A stretch of 64,000 bases of DNA from Histomonas meleagridis 2922-C6/04-290x (taxonomy: Eukaryota > Protista > Parabasalia): assembly GCA_020184695.1 (NCBI GenBank), contig JAANOX010000097.1, positions 62,001 to 126,000 on the forward strand. The letters are read 5' to 3'. The notes beneath the pieces are model-generated. The model saw only the letters and a list, made by a program, of their open reading frames with translations. It did no database searches and had not been told where the DNA came from. Positions within the stretch are counted from its first letter, which is position 1; every line of letters begins with the position of its first letter. Of this stretch, positions 49,594 through 61,223 are shown in pieces. Position numbers and translations under genes: made by a program.

Positions 49594-51011
49594 ATGAGGC
49601 CAAATGAACTTTGCAACTGGGAAACATTTCTATCAATAAATCAATCAATTTTTAGTTTGAATGAAGAGAATTTCGCGAAATCTCTATATTTAATAGTCAA
49701 CAAATTTGATGAAATCCATCCTTTATCTTATGATTTAATTATTATTCAAATGATATATTATTCCTTTGTGATTAAAAATAATAAAGTAGATTTATTTTTA
49801 AATATTATAAAAGAAATAAGAACATTTGAAGAGAATAATAAAATTAAATCGAATATATTTGATATATTTGGGCGATTTCTTTATAATAAGCATCACATGA
49901 ATCAAATTTTCTTCTTGAAGCCATGATTGAACATAATTTTCTTGAACCAAACATTGTAAAAAACAATCAGAGTGTTTTGCACTCCGTTTATTTTGCGCAT
50001 TATATGTCTAAAGATAACGAATCAATCAGTTTAAGGAAACCTTCATTCCATTCATTTGAACATTTATACCAAATTATGAAGAACTTTCAAAGAATGATTG
50101 GGAATTACATAAGAAATTAATCAGAGAAGGACATAATCCAAATGAAATTGCACAAATCATTCGAAATGATGAAATAGAAAAACTTCAAGAAATAACATCA
50201 CAAACAAATTTTGACTTTAACCAAATGATTGAACCATCACTTTATGAAAGATGTTCTTTAGTTAATGAAGAAAATGTTACATTAATTAATTATGCAGCAT
50301 TTTTTTCTTCAGTTAAATGTTTTAAATATTTACTTATGAATGGTACAAGTTTAGAAAATACAGGTAAATATGCAATTGCAGGTGGAAATGAAGAAATCAT
50401 TCATTTATGTGAACAAAATCATTCATCATTTGAAGGTGCATATGAAATAGCAATTATGTTTCATCGAAATGATATCTTTCATTATATTTATGAAAATAAA
50501 TTAAAGGAAATTAATAATTTAGAAGAATTAGGAAAACATTGTATTTTATATCATAATTTTGAAATATTTTCATTTTTAGTTAAAGAAGGAATGAAAACCA
50601 ATGATGATTTTATTAATGAAGCAGCAATTATTGGAAATATTTTTTTAGTTGAATATTTTCTTAAAGAGCATGCAATTCCGCATGACACATTGTTATTTCC
50701 ATCTGGATCAGGAAATATTGAACTTGTTGAATACGTTTTAAAACAAGAAGGAATTGACATTAATACTAAAGGTACTTATACATATTATATGATATTTATT
50801 TTAATAATTTTATATTTCAAAATAATATTTGGAAATTATTTAAATTATTTCAAACAGCACTTATCAAAGCATCTTCAAATGGTCATACAGAAATAGTTAA
50901 ATTACTTCTTGAACAAGAAGGAATTGATATTAATACTAAAGATATTTTTTTACTTTATTTAAAATCTATTTTAATAATTTAATATTTCAAAATAATATTT
51001 GGAAATTATTA
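49594..51011 (+). pseudogene. DUF3447-ankyrin gene F, frameshifted and truncated inside a spacer at about 51011
   Basis: ORFs 49594-49926, 49923-50120, 50225-50896; spacer 50774-50853 (80); second spacer breaks off after TTTGGAAATTATT. Confidence 0.75.
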
Positions 51012-51508
51012 ATGGGTCAATTGCACAACTACAGACCAATTCCGATAATATTCAAATTTCATGTAAAGTACGCAGATCACCATTCTGGATGTGCCTGTAA
51101 AAATCTTTTGTTCAAATTCGTGGGGGTTAAGCATTTCTAATAAAATGCATGTTATACCTCAGGTTAAGTAAATTATATCAAATACAGTCAATATTTTTAA
51201 TGTGTCCACTAGAATGATAAAAAATTCGTGAGAATTTGATCTTATAATTCTTTTCTAAAATCAAATAAAAAAGTTTTCTGACATAAGTTGTATTAATTAT
51301 AAAAATTATTAATTTTATATGGTAATAAATGAATTTTAAATTTTAACATCATCTCATTTTCTATGTAATTTAACAAAGTAAATCATTAACAAATGAAACT
51401 ACGATTATTTTTTGGAAAAAAATATTTGCTATAGTATAAGTTTATTCAAATACTCTTTAATGTACCATATAGAACCTCTACAAGTGTTATTTTACAGTAT
51501 CTAATAAT

Positions 51509-52190
<682 letters not shown>

Positions 52191-52243
52191 TTTTGAATAA
52201 ATAACATTATTATAATAAATTTGTAAGAATTGCTGCAAATCAT

Positions 52244-52804
52244 ATGCCTTGTAAATTTCTTTTGATCTAACAGTTGCAGTCTGTTTCTTGCCTATAAACC
52301 TTCAAGAAATCTATGTGATAGGTAGCAAAGGTCCAGTTCCGCTAAAAGGTCTTTTATGGGACACTTCCGGAAATGAGATATACTCCAATCTTATAAATAA
52401 TTATGCCAAAAAAGCCAGAATTCTTATGATCATGTATAACTATGAAAATGAAGAAACATTTCATCATATAGATACAATATTGTCTCGCGGGAATATCCCT
52501 TTATTGAAGATTTTAACAGGTGATTGTATCAAAGTTTTAATTGGAAATGCACTTCATGCAATTCCAAATCGTCAAGTCTCATACGAAGAAGGAGAAAAAA
52601 ATGGCAATCAGCATTGGCGCTTATTTCACTGAAACAAATTGTGCAACTGGAGAAGGTATAAAAGATCTTATGTGGAAAATGATCACATGGTACAATGAAG
52701 CTAATGGCGGCATAATTAAATTTGGTTCAGTTCCAGAACAACAACGCCCAACAAATGAAAATCATCAAAATAACGAAAGGAAAAAAGATTGTAAAATACA
52801 GTAA
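52244..52804 (+). pseudogene. Rab-like GTPase lacking a P-loop, with a +1 frame break in an A7 run
   Basis: WDTSGNE, VLIGN, ETNCATGEGI, C-terminal KKDCKIQ; ORFs 52288-52632 and 52541-52804 overlap at GAGAAAAAAATG. Confidence 0.65.
52251..52273 (+). other. 23-nt spliceosomal micro-intron
   Basis: GTAAATTTCTTTTGATCTAACAG; removes an in-frame TAA and joins ATG 52244 to the Rab ORF. Confidence 0.6.
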
Positions 52805-53090
52805 CTAATGACTTTTTCTAATTTCTTTCATTCTTTTCGATAATTCATTTGAAATTCATTTACATCTTTTCTTCTTCAAATAAGTTGTTTAACGACTTGA
52901 TCATCCTGATAATAATATATCCGATTATCAGGAAAAATTTGCAAATATGTCATATTGAACATAACCACATCTTATATAATATGTAATGTGATTCATTAGA
53001 ATAAAGTGAAAGAAGAAAGTTTTTGAATCCATTTATAATGTTCAAATGTTGGTTTATTTATTAAATTTTTATATTAATCACCTTTAATGA

Positions 53091-56000
53091 TTACATTAAT
53101 TCCTTCTTTTTTTCCTCGATTAAATTTGCAATTTCAGTATAACATTTTAATTTTGCATAAAGGAGTGCTGAAACAATTAATTTATATAAATTCCAAATTA
53201 TATTTTTAAATATCAAAATATTAAAATGAATATTAAATAAAACAAATTGATATCTTTTTCATCAATATCAATTTCTTTATGTTCGAGTAGAAATTTAACT
53301 ATATCTATATGACCATATCTACATGCCTGTATAAAAACTGTTTGAAATATTATAAATGAATTCCATATAATATTTTAATACATAAAATTATAATTACAAA
53401 AGGCATAAAAATTAAAGAAATATTTTTAGTATTTAGATCAAATACTTTTTGTTCATAAAGTAATTTGAATATTTCTGTATGACCATTTTGAGCTGCCAAA
53501 ATAAGTGCTGTGTTAAATAATTTAATTAATTTCCAAATATTATTTTGGAATATCAAATCATTAAAATAAATCTTAAATAAAACTAATAAATATTTTGATT
53601 ATTAGTTACAATTCCTTTTTGTTCAAGAAGTAATTTAACTATTTCGATGTTACCATGTTCAGATGCCTTCATAAACGCTGTTTCAAATAAATTTAATAAT
53701 TCTCAGAAATCATTTTGAAATATTAAATTATTAAAACGAATATTATCTTTAGCATTTATATCTATATTTTCTTGTTCAAGTAATAGTTTAACTATTTCTA
53801 TATAACTTTTTTCAGAAGCAATCATAAATACTGTAATAAATATTTTAATTAATTTCCAAATATTTTTATAAAATTTTATACGATTAAAATAAATATCATT
53901 TTTAATATTAATATCAATTCCTTTTTGTGCAAGAAGCATTTTGAATATTACCATGTTATCTTTTTGAGTTGTGAGAACAAGTGCTGTATCAAATGTAAAA
54001 AATAATTTCCAAACATTATTTTGAAATATTAAATTATTATAATAAATATTAAATAAAACAAATAAATATCTTTAGCATTAATATCAATTCCTTCTTGTTC
54101 AAGAAGTAATTTAATTATTTCTATATGATCATTTTGAGATGCTAAAATAAGTGCCGTATTAAACAATTTAAATAATTTCCAAATATTATTTTGAAACCCA
54201 AAATTATTGAAATAAATATTAAATAAAACAAATAAATATCTTTCGCATTAATATCAATTCCTTCTTGTTCAAGAAGTAATTTAACTATTTCTGTATGACC
54301 ATTAAAAGATGCTATCATAAGTGCAGTATGAAATAATTTTAAAAATTTCCAATTATTGTTTTGAAATATAAAATTATTAAAATAAATATAAAATAAAACA
54401 TTTGGATGTCTTTGGTATTAACATCGTTTTCTTTTCTTTCAAGAAGTATTTTAACTATTTTTTTATTATTAAATTCAGATGCTATAATAAGTGCTATTTT
54501 AAATAATTTAAATAATTTCCAAATGTTATTTAGAAATTTTAAATTTCAAATATTAATATTAAATTCAACAAATCAATATCTTTAGTATTAATATCAATTC
54601 CTTCTTTTTCAAGAAGTAATTTAACAATTTCTGTATGACCATTTTTAGATGCTTTCATAAGTGCTGTTTTAAGTAATTTAAATAATTTCCAAATATTATT
54701 TTAAAATATTAATATATTAAAATATATATAATCTTTAGTATTAATATAAATTTCTTCTTGTTCCAAAGCATATTGAACAAGTTCAATGTTTCCTGATTTT
54801 GATGAATGAATCAAAATATCGCTTGGAATTATTGGATTAATTTGAAGGTAATATTTAACAATCAATAAATTTCCAAATTTTACTGCCATTTTGATTAAAT
54901 CATAATCACATTTCTTTTCTTCTTTTTGTAAATATGATAAAATTTCATAATTACTATATAGTATACACTTTTTTTGTAAGTAATTGAGAAATTTTGTTTG
55001 AACATCATTAGTAGTTAGAATAAGTTCATGGGGACTGTAATCCTCTTCTTCATCACTATAATAATTATAATTATCATAAAGTGTGGTATTTCTGAATTGA
55101 TTTTCTAGATTAAATTCATCTGATTCATCTGATTCATCACTAGGTATATTATATTCATTTGCTATTATTTGAACCATATCTTCTTGTGATTTTTTATCAT
55201 AAATATAATAAAAAATATCATTTCGATGGAATTTAATTGCTGCTTCATATGCACCTTCAAATGATGAATGATTTTGTTCACATAAATGAATGATTTCTTC
55301 ATTTCCACCAGCAACTGCATATTTACCTGTATTTTCTAAACTTGCACCATTCATAAGTAAAAATTTAAAACATTTAACTGAAGAAAAAAATGCTGCATAA
55401 TCAATTAATGTAGAATTATAACCATTAATAAAATAACATTTTTCATAAAGAGATGGAAATATCACTGATGATATATTAAAACCTGGTCTTGATACTATTT
55501 CTTGAAGTTTTTCTATTTCATCATTCCGTATTATTCTTGAAATTTCATTTGGATTAGTTCCTTCTTTAATTAATTTTTTATGAAGTTCGAAATTATTTTT
55601 TGAGAGTTTTTCATAATTTTGAAGAAAATATCGACTGAATAAATCATGAAAATCATCAAACTTGTTCTCTTTTTCTGTTTGGTAATGTGCAAAAAGTTTA
55701 GAAGGAAATTTTTTTATGATTTTCGTACCTAAAATTTTTTTATCAATCAACTTCTCAATAAAAAATTTTGCATCTTGAATTCCATGATGATTTAATAAAA
55801 TAATAAAATATGGGAATTTTGTTGCTTTATTTTTGAGTATCTCTTTTTCTTTTTTCTGAATTGATAACAAATACATTATAAACAAATCAATATCTTTTAT
55901 AGTTTTACGTGTACAAAATGAATCATAAACCATCTTGATTATAATAAAATTAAATGTATTCGGATAATTTATATCAAATATTTTCATTGTTTGTTCAATT

Positions 56001-56116
56001 GAGAATTCGAGATTTGTTGGATTTAAATTAAATATAACACGTTCAAGTGAAATAAGTATTTCTAAATATTTATCATCAATCTCAGATTTTTCATTATCGC
56101 TTTTTGAAGTGTTCAT
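53091..56116 (-). CDS. DUF3447-ankyrin gene G: intact 5' ORF plus 10 modules
   Basis: Spacers 54668-54730 (63), 54498-54577, 54328-54407, 54158-54237, 53988-54067 (all 80), 53835-53897 (63), 53682-53744 (63), 53512-53591, 53342-53421, 53172-53251 (all 80). Confidence 0.75.
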
Positions 56117-56652
56117 AGCGTTAGCCAAAATTTTGTTCTGACTTGGCGTAATAAGCAGATAGCCGCTCTTGGGGGTGCCCCTTCAGAAAATTTGTAATCT
56201 TTTATTTATCATAAAAATTATTTAACTAGATTCGGATTATTCGAATATATGACTTATATTTATATAAATTGAATATTTGGAAATTTGATCAAAAAATTAT
56301 TTCATCATTTTTTCAATATTTATACAAATTAATATACACAATAACATTGATAAATATGCTATTAGGTTTTTTCTAAAATAAATATTATCGATTTTGAGAA
56401 AAAGTACATTTTTACATACCAAAAGATCATCAAGACTTGAGAAAATATATTTTCTTAATTTGAAATATTTAGATTTCTTCTGCTGAATTTTGAGAAAAAG
56501 TAGTAAAATATTTTGTTCAAAACCGTGATTTGTTATTCAAATATTCTACGGTTATAAACTTTTTGAATGGAAAATAATCGTTGATGGAAGAAAATATTTT
56601 CAGTGTTCACTCAAAAAAATTAACGGTTAATAATTCAAAGGTTTTGAGGACT

Positions 56653-57879
56653 TTACTCGTAGAATTCGTCGCTGATGAATTTGCAGATGGCGCTTGCGTT
56701 TTCTGCAACTTGATTGCTATCTAATGCACTTTGGCGGTATTCCTTAATTCTGCTGACATCACCACCAGCCTTTTCAATGAATTTGCTTACAAGGAATTTT
56801 GCACAATCGTCTGGGTTATGTGGATCACCAACATATTCTGGGAATACTTTGATGAACGAGTCGGTGTTCTTGACCTTTTCTGTGAACACATCAAACTTAT
56901 TGCAGATAAGGAAAATTGGTGCATCAATGAACTTTTCTTTGTGTGTGATTTCATCGAAAATATCAAGGGCATCATTGATACGAAGCATTGATGGATCTTC
57001 AAACATTGGTTTATCATATTCGGCAAATGAAACAACAAAGATACAGCCAGCAACTTCGTCCATAACTTTCTCCCACTTAGAACGTTCGTTCTTTTGACCA
57101 CCGACATCATAGATACGGATGATAGCTCCATTGATATCAAATGTAACTTGATCGATACCAATTGAACGGATACGAGCACGAAGAACATCATCATCACTTG
57201 GGATGTAGTCATCATCTTGAAGTTCATCGATTTTCTCGAAGAAGTAATCCATGTGATCTGGAATAATTGTTTCGTCTTTGTGCTCAAATGCTTCTTGGAT
57301 GGCTGGATCTTCCCAAAGCTGCTTCAATGATTCGGCTAATTCTGGTGTGAACTCACAGTTGAAGGCATTTAATGACATTATGGATTGGGCATCTTGTTCT
57401 AAGTCTTCGTTGATTTCGCGATCGTTACGTTCAACCCAAACAAGTAAGGTTTGCATTGCTTCAACAAGATTTCCTCTTATTGTTGAAACAAAGCTAGAAC
57501 GATCATCTTGGTTGATACCACCAAGGAACTTGATCTTCAACTGACGAGTAAATGTGGTTTTACCTGATTCACCAGCACCGCAAAGGAGAAGTCCAAAGGC
57601 TTCTGTTTCATTATCAAGAATTGCTCTGGGCGCTTGTGCTGCAGGAGCTGGTGGGGTTGCTTGAGCTGGTGGAGGTGCTTGGGTAGGTGTAGGTGTTGGC
57701 GCCGGCGCAGGTGCAGGAGCTGGGGCAGGAGCAGGAGCTGCAGATGGGGCAGTTGGAGCAGCAGATGGTGCAGCTGTGGGTGCGGCTGCTGGTGCTTTGG
57801 GAGGAGCGGATGTATTAGATGCTGGGGCTAATGGCATATTTTGAGGTTTCGAAGCTTCTTTAGACGAAGAACAACCCAT
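56653..57879 (-). CDS. Heterotrimeric G-protein alpha subunit with Pro/Ala-rich N-terminal linker
   Basis: MGC start at 57879; GAGESGKTT, RARIRS, DVGGQ, NKFD motifs. Confidence 0.92.
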   Translation of the reverse strand: MGCSSSKEASKPQNMPLAPASNTSAPPKAPAAAPTAAPSAAPTAPSAAPAPAPAPAPAPAPTPTPTQAPPPAQATPPAPAAQAPRAILDNETEAFGLLLCGAGESGKTTFTRQLKIKFLGGINQDDRSSFVSTIRGNLVEAMQTLLVWVERNDREINEDLEQDAQSIMSLNAFNCEFTPELAESLKQLWEDPAIQEAFEHKDETIIPDHMDYFFEKIDELQDDDYIPSDDDVLRARIRSIGIDQVTFDINGAIIRIYDVGGQKNERSKWEKVMDEVAGCIFVVSFAEYDKPMFEDPSMLRINDALDIFDEITHKEKFIDAPIFLICNKFDVFTEKVKNTDSFIKVFPEYVGDPHNPDDCAKFLVSKFIEKAGGDVSRIKEYRQSALDSNQVAENASAICKFISDEFYE

Positions 57880-58187
57880 TTTTGGGGAACACGGTTTTAT
57901 TGAAATTATCGGTTTTGCATTCAAAACGATCTTGACTTTTACCTCACAAAGCAGCCACGGTTCCTTAACTGCCATTGAAATTTGATAAGTTTATTTTATC
58001 GATTTCCCCTTCTGATTGAGGCAAATAAAAGATGTCTTTTGTTCTAAAACCTTAGAATTTTAAAAACCACTCAATGCAATTTAGTGAAGCTCAACAATTA
58101 TGGAAAGTGTATAAATGCTTTTTTTTTTTTTAATTTTTTAAATCAACCCGAAGAAAGAACGATAATCTTACGTGCACGTTTAGACCT

Positions 58188-59627
58188 ATGGGGAGCGAAA
58201 GAATCCGTTTTTTTCCCCATGGATTTGCTAAAAATCGGAAAATACTTTTCTCCCTTCTCATTTATTCATGGAATTCACTTAGAGACATTGGCGGCCCAAT
58301 TTATTTATCTTTAATTTTTTCAATTATTTTTTTATTTCTGATACAACCAAAATCATTTCTTTTAAATATTTTTCTTCTCCCTGCTGTTTCACTTCTAGTT
58401 ACTTCTCTGTCACTCTCGGGTTTCACAATTTATGAACAATTTTTTATTTGCTATCTTCATTTTGATTTAATTTCGAGTATCCGTGCCAACTCTCCATTTT
58501 CATTAATTTGCGCTATTGCAGAAACCACTTTTTTCTTCATATTTGGCGAATTAAATAAATATCAAATTTTAATGATTGGATTTTCCTTTATTTCCATTAT
58601 TGCGATTCAGTTCTTTCTTCCCAAAATTGATTTTTCACATCCATTTAATTTTACTATTATATTTTTTACAGGTCTTCTTCAATTAACAAAAAATCAGAAA
58701 ATCAATTTAATAATTTTCGGCATCTCAATCATTCTCTCTGTGCCAAGGTTTTCGATTTCTTTGTTTCGTGACTATACACTTAGTAAAGACAATGTTATTT
58801 CTGTTATATATTCGACCATTTGTATCATAGTAAATGTTTTTATGATCAAATCTGGCTTCAAATACAAAATTATCAGTGTTATTAGTGATGGCGTTATGTC
58901 TACATTTAATTCCATTTCTATGTATTTCTTAGTCATTGCTGATATCATAACACATAAATCTCCAACAAAACAATTTTCATATGGATTTAAAAGAGCAACA
59001 GTCATATGTACGCTCGGCCTTTCGATTTTGTTAATTTTGGTTTCTATTAATCTTATTGGAACAGCAATAGAATCATTAATATCAGAAGAAAATGACGAAA
59101 GTGAAAATGTCCCTTCTGATATAATAAATTTGGCTTTAATAAGTTTGTTGGTTAATACTTTTGGTTTAGTGTTCGTTGGCGGATCTGAAAAAAATGATAA
59201 AAAAGTCGAAAAATGTGAATTAAGCGGAGGTTTAATTACAATTATTTCCGATCTAATTTCAGCTGGTTCCATTGTGCTTAATAATTATCTGATTGTTTAC
59301 CATAATATAAAGTTTTTGGACCCTTATCTTTCATTGTTTTCTTCGTTGCTAATTTTAGTAATGACTTTGAAGGAAATGAAAGAAGTTGTTTCAATATTAA
59401 ATTTGAAGACTTCAAATGATATTTCTTTGGATTTTTTAATAAATGAATCCGATGAAAATTTAGATAATTCTTTAAACATATGGAAACTTGATGAAGAAAC
59501 TGATGTAGTTTCTTTGAAGTTGAAAATAACAGATAAAAATGATTATGGAAAAACATTGGACATGATTTCGAATTCTTTAACAGAAAAGAATATAGAATAT
59601 TATACAATCGAAATAGAGAATATATAA
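58188..59627 (+). CDS. Cation diffusion facilitator (ZnT5/Msc2-like) membrane protein
   Basis: Multi-TM N-terminal extension; FSYGFKRA..I, N..GL, DP.LS..  CDF patterns and a cytosolic C-terminal domain. Confidence 0.65.
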   Translation: MGSERIRFFPHGFAKNRKILFSLLIYSWNSLRDIGGPIYLSLIFSIIFLFLIQPKSFLLNIFLLPAVSLLVTSLSLSGFTIYEQFFICYLHFDLISSIRANSPFSLICAIAETTFFFIFGELNKYQILMIGFSFISIIAIQFFLPKIDFSHPFNFTIIFFTGLLQLTKNQKINLIIFGISIILSVPRFSISLFRDYTLSKDNVISVIYSTICIIVNVFMIKSGFKYKIISVISDGVMSTFNSISMYFLVIADIITHKSPTKQFSYGFKRATVICTLGLSILLILVSINLIGTAIESLISEENDESENVPSDIINLALISLLVNTFGLVFVGGSEKNDKKVEKCELSGGLITIISDLISAGSIVLNNYLIVYHNIKFLDPYLSLFSSLLILVMTLKEMKEVVSILNLKTSNDISLDFLINESDENLDNSLNIWKLDEETDVVSLKLKITDKNDYGKTLDMISNSLTEKNIEYYTIEIENI

Positions 59628-59751
59628 TAAACATGTATATAATTAATAAATTATTATTTGTTATTTAAACATTTTCTATAAGTGTTTTTGGATGAAATGT
59701 TTTTATTCAGGAAAATAATTACAAGATGTAATAATTTCTTTTTCTTCAAGT

Positions 59752-59823
59752 GGGTAAATGGTCTAGTGGTATGATTCGCGCTTCGGGTGCGTGAGGTCTC
59801 GGGTTCAATTCCCGATTTGCCCC
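59752..59823 (+). tRNA. tRNA-Pro(CGG)
   Basis: Acceptor GGGTAAA/TTTGCCC; TGGTCTAGTGG D-arm; CGCGC-TTCGGGT-GCGTG anticodon arm; GGTTCAATTCC T-arm; downstream T-run. Confidence 0.95.
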
Positions 59824-59887
59824 TTTTTTTGATAAATTTGAAAAAAAAATTTTTTTTATCGATCTAATTTTATTTACTAAACAATAA

Positions 59888-61168
59888 TTATTTTCTGTAA
59901 AACCGAGGCGGTGACTTTGATCTCCGTTTAGCATTTTTCTTTTCTATTTCATTCTGTTTCTTCATTATGCGCTTCTGTTGTTTATTCATCTTTTTTGCAG
60001 CAGCTTTCTCCTTCCTTATCTGTGTTTTTGACTTCTTCTTTTGTTCTTGAATGAACTTTGGCTCTTGTATTTTGAAGGTTTTTGGTTTCTTTTTGATTCC
60101 TATCATTCCTGATGTTGTCTCCATTACCCTCCCAAAATCTGCTGGTGAGAGTTTTAACATCCGCCCATACTTTTCCATCTCTTTTCTTCTGTCGATTAAC
60201 TCTGAAATATCAGGAAGAATTGATGAAATGGCAGATCTTTTGGAATAATCATAAACAGCAAAAGAGTGTAATGCCTTCTTGCAAATTGTTCTGAGGGTTA
60301 TGGAATGTGATGTTCGACATCCGAAAAATCTGTCATGAAATTGAGGATCTTCAAATAAAAAAGCTTCAGGTGAACGCTCAGTCACCATATTTGTCTTTTC
60401 TTTGGAGAACAACTTGCCACCATCAATTGTTGATATGCCTGTTAAGAAATAATTGATTTTATTAGCTAATATATCAAACAAATAAATTAGAAGCTCCCCT
60501 AAATTTGAAGCATCTGGACAAGATTGAAATGCAAATAAAACTAAGTTGATAAGTTGGTTTGATCCAAACCCACCTGTTGATGGATCGTCTATTTTATTAG
60601 CATAAATAAACAATTTGATAAACATAAGCATTGGTTTGAATAATGGGTTTGACTTTAATATTGATCTGACTCTAGGAACATTTAGTGCACCATTTATGTT
60701 CGAAATGCAAATATCGATTTTGAATCCAAACGGTCGCTCAGTTAACTTAACGATAGGAACGGTTGCATGATCAAGGACTAAGAAATTTGAGATCATTCTT
60801 GATTTTAAGAAGATTTTTGTAAGAGTTCTCAAAATTGTGCTTATCGGAATATTCGAGAGGACGTTTAATACGATAAGGTCGATATCACTCACAGGAAGAT
60901 ATGTACCATTTGAAGAAGAACCTTGAGGAATACAAACGCATTCTGGAAAATAATCCTGTATGAGCTTTGTGAAGCGAGTGATTACTAGAAGCCTAACTCG
61001 TTCTTCAAATTCTGTTGGCTCGAGCCATTTTGCTATGTCAAGTATTTCATGATGTAATCGAGTTGTTATCTCTGGTTCGAAATAGCATGTTTCTTCTGCC
61101 CATGGGCCAACATCGTACAAATCTTCAAGATTCGAATTTTCCCTTAAAATCGCAAAAACATTTTCCAT
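59888..61168 (-). CDS. TRF4/PAPD5-like non-canonical poly(A) polymerase
   Basis: GSSSNGTYLPVSDIDL, ATVPIVK, KIDI, GGFGS, LFEDP; start inferred at ATG 61168. Confidence 0.85.
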   Translation of the reverse strand: MENVFAILRENSNLEDLYDVGPWAEETCYFEPEITTRLHHEILDIAKWLEPTEFEERVRLLVITRFTKLIQDYFPECVCIPQGSSSNGTYLPVSDIDLIVLNVLSNIPISTILRTLTKIFLKSRMISNFLVLDHATVPIVKLTERPFGFKIDICISNINGALNVPRVRSILKSNPLFKPMLMFIKLFIYANKIDDPSTGGFGSNQLINLVLFAFQSCPDASNLGELLIYLFDILANKINYFLTGISTIDGGKLFSKEKTNMVTERSPEAFLFEDPQFHDRFFGCRTSHSITLRTICKKALHSFAVYDYSKRSAISSILPDISELIDRRKEMEKYGRMLKLSPADFGRVMETTSGMIGIKKKPKTFKIQEPKFIQEQKKKSKTQIRKEKAAAKKMNKQQKRIMKKQNEIEKKNAKRRSKSPPRFYRK

Positions 61169-61223
61169 TCTGGTCGAGCACTTAACGGCTTCCAATTGAA
61201 TATAAATTTTGTACGTTAAAACT

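Noticed and set aside
50771-50857. Canonical GT-AG (G|GTACTT...AAACAG|CA) or AT-AC splicing of the ankyrin spacers
   Set aside because: GT occurs at this position only in this junction and its duplicate at 49218; most start AT or GT in another phase; several resumption sites are ACT-GCA or ACG-GCA with no AG; no YTAAC branch motif; AT-AC boundaries give the wrong frame
56714-57831. Several antisense and overlapping ORFs over G-alpha, SF3B3-like, WD40 and Tc1 genes
   Set aside because: Shadow ORFs of GC-richer coding sequence with no motifs
57880-57975. N-terminal extension of G-alpha, and similar extensions for PIMT (43452-43562) and rpS27 (11982-12098)
   Set aside because: Family-typical starts (MGC, MAW, MST) lie downstream; the extensions are AT-rich promoter sequence
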